From an uncultured Chloroflexia bacterium (GTDB taxonomy: Bacteria; Chloroflexota; Limnocylindria; QHBO01): DNA of 64,000 nucleotides. The stretch covers positions 96,001 to 160,000 of the forward strand of contig CAWFCQ010000006.1 of NCBI GenBank assembly GCA_963814375.1, read 5' to 3'. The translations under genes were made by a program, and so were the position numbers. The notes beneath the pieces are model-generated. The model saw only the letters and a program-made list of their open reading frames with translations, had not been told where the DNA came from and made no database searches. Below are positions 22,177 through 32,315 of the stretch, in pieces; position 1 is the stretch's first letter; every line of letters starts with the position of its first letter.

Positions 22177-23541
22177 TCAGCCTCCGGTGATCGGCGCCTG
22201 GCGCTCCTGGACCTCGTCCAGCGCCTCGGCGAAGATCGCCAGGGCGGTGTCGACGTCCGTCTCCGTCGCGATCAGCGGTGGGCTGAAGCGCAGCGACGCC
22301 TCTCCACACTCGAGGACGAGCAGGCCGCGCTGGAAGGCCGCGTCCTGCACCGCCTCCGCCGCCTCGTGCGACCCGAACTCGACGCCGAGCATCAGGCCGA
22401 TGCCGCGAATGTCGCGGATCGCATCGGTCCCATCGGCGATGCGCTCGAGGCCGATGCGCAGCCGGTCACCGGCGACCGTGGCGTTCGAGAGCCCCTCGGA
22501 CTCGATGATGTCGAGGGTCGCGAGGCCGGCAGCCGCGCAGACGGGGTTCCCCGCGAAGGTCGAGCCGTGGGCTCCGGCCGACCAGGTCCACACCGACTCG
22601 CGCGCGATGAACGCGCCGATTGGCATGCCCGAGGCGATGCCCTTGGCCGTCGTGAGGATGTCCGGCTCCACGCCGGCATGCTCGATGGCCCACCAGCGCC
22701 CGGTGCGGCCCATGCCCGACTGGATCTCATCGGCGACGAGGAGAATGCCGTGCTCGTCGCAGATCTGGCGCAGCCCCTGGAGGAAGGTGGCCGGCGCGGG
22801 GAAGTAGCCCCCCTCGCCCTGGATCGGCTCGACCACGATGGCGGCGACGTCGGCCGGCGAGATCTGTCGCCCGAAGATCGTCCGCCGCAGGTGGTCGAGC
22901 TCGGCCGAGCCATCGCCTCCCGAACCCTCGCGCCAGGCGCGAATGCGCGGGAACGGGGCGTGGTGGACCATCGGCACCAGGGGCCCGAAGCCGGCCCGCT
23001 GCTTCACCTTCGAATTGGTGAGCGACAGGGCGCCCATGGTCCGCCCGTGGAAGCCGCCCTCGAAGGCGATGATTCCCGGCCGATGAGTGTGGTATCGCGC
23101 CAGCTTGATGGCGCCCTCGACCGCCTCGGTGCCGGAGTTGGTGAGGAAGACTCGCGCCCGCTCGCTGAACGGCGCGATCGAGGCCAGGCGCTCACTGAAC
23201 TCCAGGTATCGCGGCTCGTAGAAGTCGGTCGCGGCGATATGGATCAGCCGATCGGCCTGGTCCTTGATCGCCTGCACGACGCGCGGGTGCGAATGGCCGG
23301 TCGAGCAGACGGCGATGCCGGCGGCGAAGTCGAGGAAGCGGTTGCCGTCCACGTCGGTCACGACCAGACCCGATCCCGACTCGGCGACAAGTGGATAGGC
23401 GCGCGTCAGCGATGGGCTGGCGACGGCCTCGTCGCGCGCGATGATCGCCCGCGCCTTGGGACCGGGCAGCTCGGTGACGATGTGCGGCGCGGTCGGCTTC
23501 AGGGCAGCCGCAGCTGAGGAGGTAGCCTCCATGGTGGTCAT
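22177..23541 (-). CDS. Class III PLP aminotransferase (4-aminobutyrate/acetylornithine type)
   Basis: NSGTEAVE, FHGRT, EPIQGEGG, DEIQSGMGRTG, TAKGIASG. Confidence 0.92.
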   Translation of the reverse strand: MTTMEATSSAAAALKPTAPHIVTELPGPKARAIIARDEAVASPSLTRAYPLVAESGSGLVVTDVDGNRFLDFAAGIAVCSTGHSHPRVVQAIKDQADRLIHIAATDFYEPRYLEFSERLASIAPFSERARVFLTNSGTEAVEGAIKLARYHTHRPGIIAFEGGFHGRTMGALSLTNSKVKQRAGFGPLVPMVHHAPFPRIRAWREGSGGDGSAELDHLRRTIFGRQISPADVAAIVVEPIQGEGGYFPAPATFLQGLRQICDEHGILLVADEIQSGMGRTGRWWAIEHAGVEPDILTTAKGIASGMPIGAFIARESVWTWSAGAHGSTFAGNPVCAAAGLATLDIIESEGLSNATVAGDRLRIGLERIADGTDAIRDIRGIGLMLGVEFGSHEAAEAVQDAAFQRGLLVLECGEASLRFSPPLIATETDVDTALAIFAEALDEVQERQAPITGG

Positions 23542-23640
23542 TGGGGTAGCACTCCGGATTCGGAGCGGCGCGTCCTGCCCGCGCACCTTGGCTAGATCGA
23601 AGCATCCTAGCAGGCGACCCTTCAGGGCCGCCCGAGCGAC

Positions 23641-24684
23641 CTAGGACGACGAGCGAGACGAGTGCGCCGCCGTTGACGCGATTGACTCACCGATGAGCCC
23701 TGGTCCGGCGTAGATCATCCCCGTCCACAGCTGGACGAGATCCGCGCCCGCGGCCAGAAGACGGGCCGCGTCCGCGCCAGAGCCGATGCCTCCCGACGCA
23801 ATGACCGCCAATCGCGGATCACGCGGGGCGGCGACCGCGCCGGCGGTGCGCTCGAGCAGCGGGCGTCCCGAAAGCCCGCCGGGCTCACCGGCGTCGGGTG
23901 AGTCGAGCCAGGCCCGCGTGGTGGTCGTGTTGGAGAGGATCATGCCGGCGGCGCCGGCATCGGCGAGGGCGCCGACCAGCCGCGCGCGATCCGCGTGGAT
24001 CATGTCGGGCGAGACCTTGACCAGCAGCGGCCGCGCGGGGGCGGCTTCGGCGACCGCCGCCAGGAGCGAGGTGAGCCGGGCCGGGTCCTGGAGGTCGCGC
24101 AGGCCGGGGGTGTTGGGGCTGCTGACGTTGATGGCGAGATAGTCGGCCTCGCCCGCCACGCGCTCGGCGGCTGCGACGTAGTCCTCGACTGACCGCTCGT
24201 CGGGCGTGTCCCGGTTGCGCCCGATGTTCACGCCGATGACGAAGCCATCCGGCAGCCTCGGCCGCGCAGCCGCGATGCGGCGGGCGAGGGCATCGGCGCC
24301 TTCATTGTTGAATCCCATGCGGTTGACGAGTGCGCCGTCCTCCGGCAGCCGCACCATGCGTGGACGCGGATTGCCCGGCTGCGGCCGCGGCGTCACGGTC
24401 CCGAGCTCGACGAAGCCGAAGCCGAGCGCGGCCCAGCCCGCGATCGCCGCGCCGTCCTTGTCGAAGCCCGCGCCGAGCCCGACCCGGTTGCGGAAGCGGA
24501 GTCCCATCAGCTCGACCGGCGCCGCGTCGGCCATGCGGGTCCCCGCGACGAAGCCGCAGAGCCTCGGTGCCATGCGCCCGGTCGCGCCGAGCAGGCGCAG
24601 GGTCAGGTGATGGATGCGTTCCGGATCGGTACGGAAGAGGAGTGGGCGCACCGTGTGGTAGGCCGAGACGCGCCAGCTCGGCAT
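23641..24684 (-). CDS. pyrD: Quinone-dependent dihydroorotate dehydrogenase
   Basis: AGFDKDG, GTVTPRPQPGNPRPR, NRMGFNN, NVSSPNTPGLR, GGLSG. Confidence 0.93.
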   Translation of the reverse strand: MPSWRVSAYHTVRPLLFRTDPERIHHLTLRLLGATGRMAPRLCGFVAGTRMADAAPVELMGLRFRNRVGLGAGFDKDGAAIAGWAALGFGFVELGTVTPRPQPGNPRPRMVRLPEDGALVNRMGFNNEGADALARRIAAARPRLPDGFVIGVNIGRNRDTPDERSVEDYVAAAERVAGEADYLAINVSSPNTPGLRDLQDPARLTSLLAAVAEAAPARPLLVKVSPDMIHADRARLVGALADAGAAGMILSNTTTTRAWLDSPDAGEPGGLSGRPLLERTAGAVAAPRDPRLAVIASGGIGSGADAARLLAAGADLVQLWTGMIYAGPGLIGESIASTAAHSSRSSS

Positions 24685-24687
24685 CGG

Positions 24688-25104
24688 TCAGTCGTCGTGG
24701 GCGCGCGGGAAGGCCATCTCCTCCGGGTACACCGGCGGCAACGGCTCGGCATCCTCGCCGGGCGCGGGCCGCGTCGGGTCGGGCGTCATGAATTCGTGCC
24801 ACACCTCGGTGCCCGCCGAGGGCGGGTCGTCGAGCTCCTTGATGGCCACGATCCCCTCGAAGCGAATCGATCCAGCTTCGCCGTCGTCGGTCTCGTAGTC
24901 GTCCTCGTAGTCCGGGGCCATCTCGACCGCGCGTCCGAGCGCCGCCTCCTCGTCGCTGCCGTCGATCAGGACGACGCGATCCTCGACGAGGGTCACCGCC
25001 TCCGGGTCGCCGGCCATGTACGCGTACCTGAGCTGGACGGCGAACCATCCCGAGGGCTCGACGAGGGTCTCGTCGATCGGGGGCATGGCGGAGCGCGCCG
25101 TCAC
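24688..25104 (-). CDS. Acidic hypothetical protein (DUF4288-like)
   Basis: WFAV...EDRVVLI...EEAA...FEGI...GTEVW. Confidence 0.6.
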   Translation of the reverse strand: MTARSAMPPIDETLVEPSGWFAVQLRYAYMAGDPEAVTLVEDRVVLIDGSDEEAALGRAVEMAPDYEDDYETDDGEAGSIRFEGIVAIKELDDPPSAGTEVWHEFMTPDPTRPAPGEDAEPLPPVYPEEMAFPRAHDD

Positions 25105-25114
25105 CGCGGTGCCC

Positions 25115-26680
25115 TCACTCGCCGACGACGGTCTGCGACTGTTCGCGCAGGAACTGCTGGACGTAGTACGGGCCGAGGCCGCCCTTGCCTGAGGAGCCCG
25201 ACCCCTTCCAGCCGCCGAAGCTCTGGATCCCGGGCCACGCGCCGGTGGTGGCGCCCGCCCGGCGGTTCACGTACACGACGCCGGCCTGGATCGTGTCGAG
25301 GAAGCGCTGGACCTCGGCCTCGTCGCGGCTGAAGATCCCGGCGGTCAGCCCGTACGCGGTGTCGTTCGCCTCGCTGAGCGCCTCGTCGAGCGAATCGACC
25401 TCGCCGACGACGAGGAAGGGAACGAAGAGCTCGTCGCGGAAGAGACGGTGCTCGAGCGGGAGGCCGGTGACGACCGTCGGGGTGGGGTAGAAGCCACGTT
25501 CCGTATCCGCCTCGCCGCCGACCTCGACCGTGCCGCCGTCGGCCTTCGCCTCGTCCACCGCGGCGGTGAACTTGGAGAGGGCGCGCTCGTTGATGACCGG
25601 GCCCATCCAGTTCTCGCGCCGGGTCGGGTCACCGACGGCGATGCCGCGGGTCTTCTCGACCAACCTCTCGACGAACTCGCGCGCGACCGGCCGCTCCACG
25701 TAGACGCGCGAGTTGGCCGAGCACTTCTGGCCGTCGAAGCCGAAGGCGGATCGCATGACCCCCTCGGCCGCCTCGTCGAGGTCGGCGTGGCGGGTCACGA
25801 TCGCCGGGTTCTTCCCGCCCATCTCGGTGATGATCGGGCGCGGATAGTCCTTCGTGAAGCTGCGGTACAGGTCCATCCCGACCTCGTAGCTTCCGGTGAA
25901 CACCAGGCCATCGATGCCTGGGTTGGACTCCAGCTCGGCACCGACCGTCTCGCCCGGCCCGGTGACCAGGTTGAACACCCCGTCGGGAAGCCCCGCCTCG
26001 CGCAGCGCCTCGCCGAACTTCCAGCCCATGAGCGGAGCGTCCGACGACGGCTTGAGCACGACGGTGTTGCCGGCGATGAGGGCACCACCGGCCGGCCCGC
26101 CCGCCAGCGCCATCGGGAAGTTGAACGGGCTGATCACGCCGAAGACGCCATACGGACGCAGGACGGATCGCGTCTTCTCGGCTGCCGACAGGGAGCCCAT
26201 CGGCTTGACGAACCCGTCGGCCTTCTCGAACTCGTCGGCGTAGTAGCGCAGCAGGTCGGCGGTCTCCTCGACATCGCCAAGCGCCTCGAGCCGATTCTTG
26301 CCCACCTCGAGCGCCATCAGCGCCGCATGGTCGAACTGCCGCTCGCTGATGAGCTCGGCCGCGCGGCGCAGGATCGCGAGACGGTCGCGCCACGGCGTGT
26401 CGCGCCATCCGGGGAACGCGGCTCGGGCGGCAGCAATCGCGTCGCGAACGTCCTGCGCATCGCCCTTCGGGAACCGCGCCACCAGGATGTCGCGGTCGAT
26501 CGGCGAGCGGTCGTCGAAGGTCTCGTCGGCGAGGCGCTCCTCGGCGCCGATGATCATCGGGTAGGTGCGACCCAGCTCGTCGCGCGCGCGGGCGAGGGCG
26601 GCGTCGAACGCCGACTGGAGGTCCTCGTTGTCGGCAGACAGCGTGGCGTAGGTGATCTTCATGCGGGACGTGGTGGCCAT
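25115..26680 (-). CDS. Aldehyde dehydrogenase (1-pyrroline-5-carboxylate dehydrogenase-like)
   Basis: ISPFNFP, EMGGKNP, FGFDGQKCSANSR, YGLTAG, GGWKGSG. Confidence 0.88.
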   Translation of the reverse strand: MATTSRMKITYATLSADNEDLQSAFDAALARARDELGRTYPMIIGAEERLADETFDDRSPIDRDILVARFPKGDAQDVRDAIAAARAAFPGWRDTPWRDRLAILRRAAELISERQFDHAALMALEVGKNRLEALGDVEETADLLRYYADEFEKADGFVKPMGSLSAAEKTRSVLRPYGVFGVISPFNFPMALAGGPAGGALIAGNTVVLKPSSDAPLMGWKFGEALREAGLPDGVFNLVTGPGETVGAELESNPGIDGLVFTGSYEVGMDLYRSFTKDYPRPIITEMGGKNPAIVTRHADLDEAAEGVMRSAFGFDGQKCSANSRVYVERPVAREFVERLVEKTRGIAVGDPTRRENWMGPVINERALSKFTAAVDEAKADGGTVEVGGEADTERGFYPTPTVVTGLPLEHRLFRDELFVPFLVVGEVDSLDEALSEANDTAYGLTAGIFSRDEAEVQRFLDTIQAGVVYVNRRAGATTGAWPGIQSFGGWKGSGSSGKGGLGPYYVQQFLREQSQTVVGE

Positions 26681-26765
26681 CGGAGCGGCGAGCGCCTCCT
26701 GTTGCGGGGCGACGAAATCACGATGCGGTGCCGGTCATTATCGCACCGGCGAAACGCCGGACATG

Positions 26766-26806
26766 CCGAAGGCCAGGCTCCGGGGGGAGAAGAGCCTGGC
26801 CTTCGG
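26766..26806. terminator. 15-bp perfect hairpin, terminator-like
   Basis: CCGAAGGCCAGGCTC / GAGCCTGGCCTTCGG downstream of the methyltransferase gene; no U-tract. Confidence 0.6.
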
Positions 26807-26896
26807 ACGCGTCGATGATATCCGCGCCGATCCGCGCTCGCAAGGATTTCTGCGCACTGATTACGCAGGGTCGGCCCCGAGTTTCCACCCGATCCG

Positions 26897-27601
26897 TCAG
26901 TTGGCCTCAGCCGGCACGACCCGGTGATAGAGCCCGAGATTGAGGCGCAGGTAGTCCCGATGGGGTCCCATCAGGTAGGCGCGGCCGCGATCGCCGTAGA
27001 GGCGGGGCAGCAGCTCATGCGCGAGTTCAGCATCCGTGAGATCGACCCTGGCGTGGACGACCTTGATCTTGAACCGGTTGCGCAGCCACCAGCCGGTGCG
27101 CCTGTGTGTCGCCTCGATCGACTGCGCCACCACCTCCGGTTCGAGCAGCGCCGCGACGTCGTCCCTGCCGTAATAGCCGATGGCGATGAGGCGTCCTCCA
27201 GGCCGAAGCACGCGGAGCGCCTCATCCACCGCCGGCAGCGAGTCGTCATCGGGTCCGATCGCGCTCGTGAGCACGATATCGACCACGGCGTCGCGCAGCG
27301 GGAGATGAGTCGGCCCGCCCTCGACGATGCGGATGTTGGGTTGGTGGGCCTCCCCCGCCAGCCGCCTCGCCTCGGCGAGCAGCGCCGGATCGGACTCGAT
27401 GCCGTACATCCGGCCGGTGCGTCGGGCGAGGAGCATCGGATAGTGGCCGATCCCGGTGCCGACGTCCGCGATCCGCTTTCCGCTCAGCGGGACGATCCGC
27501 TCGAGAGCCTGGAGCACCTTGCGATCGGGGTCGATGGCCGCGGAGAGGCGAGCGTGGAGATCCGGATCGGCCTCGGTCCAGGCGGGCAGGATGGCCGGCA
27601 T
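26897..27601 (-). CDS. Class I SAM-dependent methyltransferase
   Basis: IADVGTGIG, LPLRDAVVDIV, RVLRPGGRL. Confidence 0.85.
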   Translation of the reverse strand: MPAILPAWTEADPDLHARLSAAIDPDRKVLQALERIVPLSGKRIADVGTGIGHYPMLLARRTGRMYGIESDPALLAEARRLAGEAHQPNIRIVEGGPTHLPLRDAVVDIVLTSAIGPDDDSLPAVDEALRVLRPGGRLIAIGYYGRDDVAALLEPEVVAQSIEATHRRTGWWLRNRFKIKVVHARVDLTDAELAHELLPRLYGDRGRAYLMGPHRDYLRLNLGLYHRVVPAEAN

Positions 27602-28239
27602 CAGGGAAGCTCCACGCGCAGCTCCGCCGGCGTGCCGTCCGGCAGCTGGAGAATTGCGTTGCCAGCGAGCACCTGGAGGTCGAAGCCGGCCGGCCCGTCC
27701 TGGCGGCGCGTGACGCTGATCGGCATCGCCAGCGTCGCCCCGGGGAGCAGCGGCCCGTAGCCGAGCGACACGGTGCCCGCCGGCTCCCCTCGCTCGCCCG
27801 GGCCGAAGACCCATTTGGTCCACGCCTGCACGAGGGGCGGCCCGCCTTCGCGGATGCGCTCCTCGGACGGCACGAACGGGGCGAGGAAGAACGAGTCGCC
27901 CAGCTCGGCGGGCCAGCGGAGGACGAGCTCATCGATCCGTGCGTCCGCCTGGCTGGTCACGGTGACGAGCAGCTCGCCGCTTCCCCCCGCAGCGACATCC
28001 GTCTCCACCGTGACCGCCACGACCCGGGCGTCCGACTCCGCGGGAAGCTCGAGGGCGAGGGACGGCTCCGGCGATGGGGTCGGCGCAAGGGTGATCGTGG
28101 CCGTCGCGCTCGGCGAGGGAAGTCTGGTGGGCGCCGCGGTCGGGCTGCGGGGAGTCGCCGGTGTCGGCGTGGGGGATGGGCCGCAGGCCGCGAGCGCGAA
28201 CGCTGCGACGATCATGGCCCGAGCCGCGCCGGCCCTCAT
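27601..28239 (-). CDS. Putative lipoprotein
   Basis: LAAC lipobox, Pro/Thr linker, beta-rich domain. Confidence 0.7.
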   Translation of the reverse strand: MRAGAARAMIVAAFALAACGPSPTPTPATPRSPTAAPTRLPSPSATATITLAPTPSPEPSLALELPAESDARVVAVTVETDVAAGGSGELLVTVTSQADARIDELVLRWPAELGDSFFLAPFVPSEERIREGGPPLVQAWTKWVFGPGERGEPAGTVSLGYGPLLPGATLAMPISVTRRQDGPAGFDLQVLAGNAILQLPDGTPAELRVELP

Positions 28240-28931
28240 GCCTCGCTCGGGCCCAGCTCGGGGAGGCGATTGCGGATCGCGTAGGCGGCGGCCTGGGAGC
28301 GGCTCTCGAGCTCGAGCTTGGCGAGGATGCTCGAGACGTAGTTGCGTACCGTCTTCTCCGCCAGGCCCATCCGCTCGGCGATGGCGCGGTTCGAGGCACC
28401 CTGGGCCAGGTGCGACAGCACCCGCCGTTCCTGCTCGGTCAGGTCGGCGAAAGCGCCTGACTCCTCGAGACGCGACGCGTTCCGGATCCGGTCAAGGACG
28501 CGACGAGCGACCGCCGGGTCGAGCAGCGAGCCGCCCGATGCGACGGTCCTGACCGCCTCCACCAGCTCGCCGGAGCCGATCCGCTTCAGGACATAGCCGG
28601 ACGCCCCGGCGTCGATCGCGTCGAAGAGCGCGTCGGAGTCGGCGTGGCTGGTGAGCATGATCACGTGGGCGTCGGGCAGCTCCGCGGTGATGGTCCGACA
28701 GGCGTCGATGCCGCTGCCATTCGGCATGCGGATGTCCAGCACGACGACGTCCGGCCGATGCGTCCTGGCCTGGCGCACCGCCTCCTCCCCGGAGCCTGCC
28801 TGCGCGACCACCTCGAAGCCCGACTGCGCGTCGAGCAGGGCGGCGAGGCCGATGCGGACCACCTCGTGGTCATCGGCTATCAGGATCCGGATGGCCGCAG
28901 CGGGGGCGGCCGCAATGGGGGGCTCGGTCAT
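28236..28931 (-). CDS. NarL/LuxR-family response regulator
   Basis: ILIADDHEVVR, LDIRMP, GYVLK, LTEQE...SNRAIA...KTVRNYVS. Confidence 0.93.
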   Translation of the reverse strand: MTEPPIAAAPAAAIRILIADDHEVVRIGLAALLDAQSGFEVVAQAGSGEEAVRQARTHRPDVVVLDIRMPNGSGIDACRTITAELPDAHVIMLTSHADSDALFDAIDAGASGYVLKRIGSGELVEAVRTVASGGSLLDPAVARRVLDRIRNASRLEESGAFADLTEQERRVLSHLAQGASNRAIAERMGLAEKTVRNYVSSILAKLELESRSQAAAYAIRNRLPELGPSEA

Positions 28932-30454
28932 GTGGGTCGGCGCACGGTGGCCACCGGCATCGTAAGGGAGAGCCGCGTGCCGCGTCCCGGCGCGCTCTCG
29001 AGCTCCACCGTTCCCTCCAGCAGCTCCGCGCGACGACGGATGTTGTCGAGCCCCTGCGCCCGCCCGCGCCTGCCGCGGTCCTGAACGGCGGACGGATCGA
29101 AGCCGACGCCGTCGTCGCGGATCTCCAGGGTGAATCGCCGCTGCGTGCACGCCATTCGCACCGCCACCGTCGTGGCGTGCGCATGACGCAGCACGTTGCT
29201 GAACGCCTCGGTCACGACGTGGTGGAGCTGGTCGGCCTGGTCCGGCGCGAGGCGCGGGCGGAAGAGACCCTCGGACTCGACCCGGAGCTCGACGAGCGTG
29301 TGCGCCTGGAGCTCGTCGGCCACCGCGAGCACGATCGCCTCCGCGTCGCGAGCCTCGAGCTCGCCGGAACGGAGGTCGAAGATCGTGCTGCGGATGTCAC
29401 CGGTGATCCGATTCAGCTCCGTCATCACCGTTCCGATCCGCTCCCGGGTCGGACTGGCCGACGGGCCGATCTCGGCCGATGCCTGCTCGAGATGGAGGCC
29501 GGCCGCGTAGATCGACTGGATGATCCCGTCGTGAAGGTCGCGACCGATCCGCTCGCGCTCGCGCAGGAGGAGCTCGCGGCGCCGGGCATCGGCGAGCGCG
29601 CGATCGGTCTCCTCGTCGAACAGCTCGAGGCTGCGGATGACCGCGAGCGCGATGGCGAGTCCGGTGATGGAGCGAAACACCTCGATCGGCACGCCGAAGG
29701 TATCGAGGAAGGTCTGCTCGTTCAGTACCGACGCGAGCGGGAACGGAGCCGGCATCGGGACCAGGCCAGCGAGCAGCGCGTAGACGGCGAAGGCCATCGA
29801 CGCCGCCGCCAGCGCGGTCCGAACGCCGGGCCCGGCCATCGGCGCCAGGAGGCCGGTCGTGCGACGCAGGGCGAACGCGACGAGAAGCGCGGCGGGGAGC
29901 GCGATCATCGCGCGGGCGAGCACGTCGCCGACGGCCAGGGGCGCGCCGACGCCCGCGAGCGCCGGGCCGATCTCCGGCGATGGCAGCCACGAGCCCGGGT
30001 CCGGGACGAATCCGGCGGCGACGGTCGAGGATAGCGCGAGCGTTCCGACCAGCCACAGCGCGACCACCGCCGATGGCACGAGGCGCAGCCACGGCTGGCC
30101 GCCGATCATCGGCAGGGGCCGATCGGCCGGACGGGTGCTGAGGATGAGCTCGACCCCGAACTGGAAGAGGAAGGCGAAGCTGATCGGCTTCATGAGCAGC
30201 TGCACGACCAGCAGCAGCTCGATCACCGGTTGGGGCAGGAATCCGGCCTGGATCGGGACGAACAGGTAGCCCCACTCCATCAGGCCGTGGACGATGCCGA
30301 ACCCGGCGAGCCAGACCAGCGGGCGGGCCAGCGGAAGCTGTGATCCGTGGCGACGCTGGAGCGCGACCGCCAGCCCCATCACGAAGAAGACCTGCCCGGC
30401 GACGAACAGGACGATGATGCGGTTGGTCTCGAACAGCTCGGCGAGCCAGCTCAC
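28928..30454 (-). CDS. Membrane sensor histidine kinase (HisKA_3)
   Basis: Multi-TM N-terminus; ERERIGRDLHD, EAFSNVLRHA, DDGVGF. Confidence 0.92.
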   Translation of the reverse strand: MSWLAELFETNRIIVLFVAGQVFFVMGLAVALQRRHGSQLPLARPLVWLAGFGIVHGLMEWGYLFVPIQAGFLPQPVIELLLVVQLLMKPISFAFLFQFGVELILSTRPADRPLPMIGGQPWLRLVPSAVVALWLVGTLALSSTVAAGFVPDPGSWLPSPEIGPALAGVGAPLAVGDVLARAMIALPAALLVAFALRRTTGLLAPMAGPGVRTALAAASMAFAVYALLAGLVPMPAPFPLASVLNEQTFLDTFGVPIEVFRSITGLAIALAVIRSLELFDEETDRALADARRRELLLRERERIGRDLHDGIIQSIYAAGLHLEQASAEIGPSASPTRERIGTVMTELNRITGDIRSTIFDLRSGELEARDAEAIVLAVADELQAHTLVELRVESEGLFRPRLAPDQADQLHHVVTEAFSNVLRHAHATTVAVRMACTQRRFTLEIRDDGVGFDPSAVQDRGRRGRAQGLDNIRRRAELLEGTVELESAPGRGTRLSLTMPVATVRRPT

Positions 30455-30484
30455 GGGCGCCGATGGTAGCGAGCGGGTGAGTCG

Positions 30485-31333
30485 TCAGCCCTTGATGCCG
30501 CCCGTCGAGAGGCCGCTGATCAGGTAGCGCTGGGCGAGGTAGAAGAAGATCACGACCGGAATGGTGACGACCACGGAGAGGGCCATCGTCCCGCCCCAGT
30601 TCTGCGTGAACTGGTTGATGAAGAGGCGCACGCCGATCGGCAGGGTGAACGCCTCCGGCCGGGTGAGGAACACGAGCGCGTAGAGGAACTCGTTCCACGC
30701 GGTGATGAAGGCATAGAAGGCGGTCACCGCGATGCCCGGGGTCGAGAGCGGGATGACGATCCGCCAGAACGCTCCGAACGGCCCGAGCCCGTCGATCTTG
30801 GCCGCCTCCTCGAGCTCGATCGGCAGCGTATCGAAGTAGCTCTTCAGCATGAGGACGCAGAACGGGATGGCGGTCGTGGCGTAGGCCAGGACGAGCGCCC
30901 ACGGCGTGTTGAGCAGGCCGAGGCGAATCGCCAGGAGCTGGAACAGCGGGACGAGCAGGATGACGGCGGGGAACATCTGGCTGGTCAGGAAGAAGCTCGT
31001 CGCGCCGCGCTTGCCGAAGAACCGATAGCGACTGAGCGCATAGGCGGCGGTCGACGCGAGGAACACGGACAGCACGGTCGTGAGCACGCTGATCAGCAGC
31101 GAGTTCCCGAACCAGTTCCAGAAGAAGCCGCCGGTCGCCGTGGTCGGGTCGAACAGGTTCTGGTAGTTCTCGAGCGTCGGGTCGCGCGGGATCAGCTCGA
31201 TCTCGGTGGAGAGGACGTCGAACTGGTTCTTGAACGAGGTCGAAACGATCCACAGGACCGGGAAGAGGGCGATCGCGCAGGCGATGATCAGGACGACGTG
31301 CGTCGCGATGCGCTCCCAGAGTGGCTGCTTCAT
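30485..31333 (-). CDS. Sugar ABC transporter permease (MalG-like)
   Basis: ELEEAAKIDG EAA motif, WNEFL. Confidence 0.92.
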   Translation of the reverse strand: MKQPLWERIATHVVLIIACAIALFPVLWIVSTSFKNQFDVLSTEIELIPRDPTLENYQNLFDPTTATGGFFWNWFGNSLLISVLTTVLSVFLASTAAYALSRYRFFGKRGATSFFLTSQMFPAVILLVPLFQLLAIRLGLLNTPWALVLAYATTAIPFCVLMLKSYFDTLPIELEEAAKIDGLGPFGAFWRIVIPLSTPGIAVTAFYAFITAWNEFLYALVFLTRPEAFTLPIGVRLFINQFTQNWGGTMALSVVVTIPVVIFFYLAQRYLISGLSTGGIKG

Positions 31334-32219
31334 CGGGACACGTCCTCAGTGCGGAACACTCGCTGGTAGGCCGTCACGAACAGGAGCAGGATCGACAGGA
31401 TGATCACCGAGTAGGTCGAGGCCAGGGCGAACTCGCCGGCCTGGAACAGGTTGTAGGACTCGGTGACGAGGATGTCGGTCTTGCCGGCCGGGCCGCCGCC
31501 GGTGGTCAGGAAGATGACGACGAACAGGTTGAAGGTCCAGATGATGCCGAGCATCGTGACGGCGACCGAGACTGACTTGAGCTGAGGAATCGTGACGTTC
31601 CAGAAGCTCTGTCGCCGGCTCGCGCCGTCAACCCGGGCAGCTTCGTAGAGATCCTGCGGAATGGACTGCATCCCGCCGAGCAGCGCGATCATCATGAACG
31701 GCACCCCGAGCCAGACGTTGACGATGATCGGGGCGATGTACGCGTACGGGAGCTCGAGAGCCAGTTCGGGCCGTCGATCCCGAAATTCTCGAGGAACAGG
31801 TTCAGGAAGCCGTAGTCCCCGTTGAAGATGTAGCGCCACGCGACGGCGCTGACGAATGCGGGCACCGCCCACGGAAGCATGAGGACGAGGCGGTAGGCGG
31901 TGCGCCCCCGGAAGCGCTGGTTGAGCAGCAGCGCAAGCCCAAGGCCGATCGTGAAGTGGAAGACGACGTTGACGACGGTCCAGACGATCGTCCAGGTGAG
32001 GGTCTCACGGAACGCCGCGCTGGTGAGGACGTTGACGTAGTTATCGACGCCGACGAACTGCTCGGTGCTCTCCGGCTTGAAGACCGTGGCCGCGTTCGAT
32101 CGGTCGAGGTCGGTGAAGCTCGAGAGGATGGAACCGATGAGGGGGTAGATGACGATCACCGCCATCACGATCACCACCGGCGTCATGAAGGCGTATGCGA
32201 CCCACGGCGCGTTCCGCAT
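31330..32219 (-). CDS. Sugar ABC transporter permease (MalF-like), with a frameshift near 31757
   Basis: FVGVDNY...LPWAVP in one frame; WLGVPFMM...DLYEAARVDGA in another. Confidence 0.85.
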
Positions 32220-32315
32220 CGTCGCGGTTCTCCTGCGGCGTTGCCGATCGGGTCCTGACGAGTGAGGTGCTCCCGAGCCGGGCCGCGGCTAGGCCCGGGA
32301 GCTGTTGATCAGACT

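Noticed and set aside
20863-23517. 884-aa plus-strand ORF as one protein
   Set aside because: It is a real N-terminus that reads on after a frameshift into the antisense of the aminotransferase gene.
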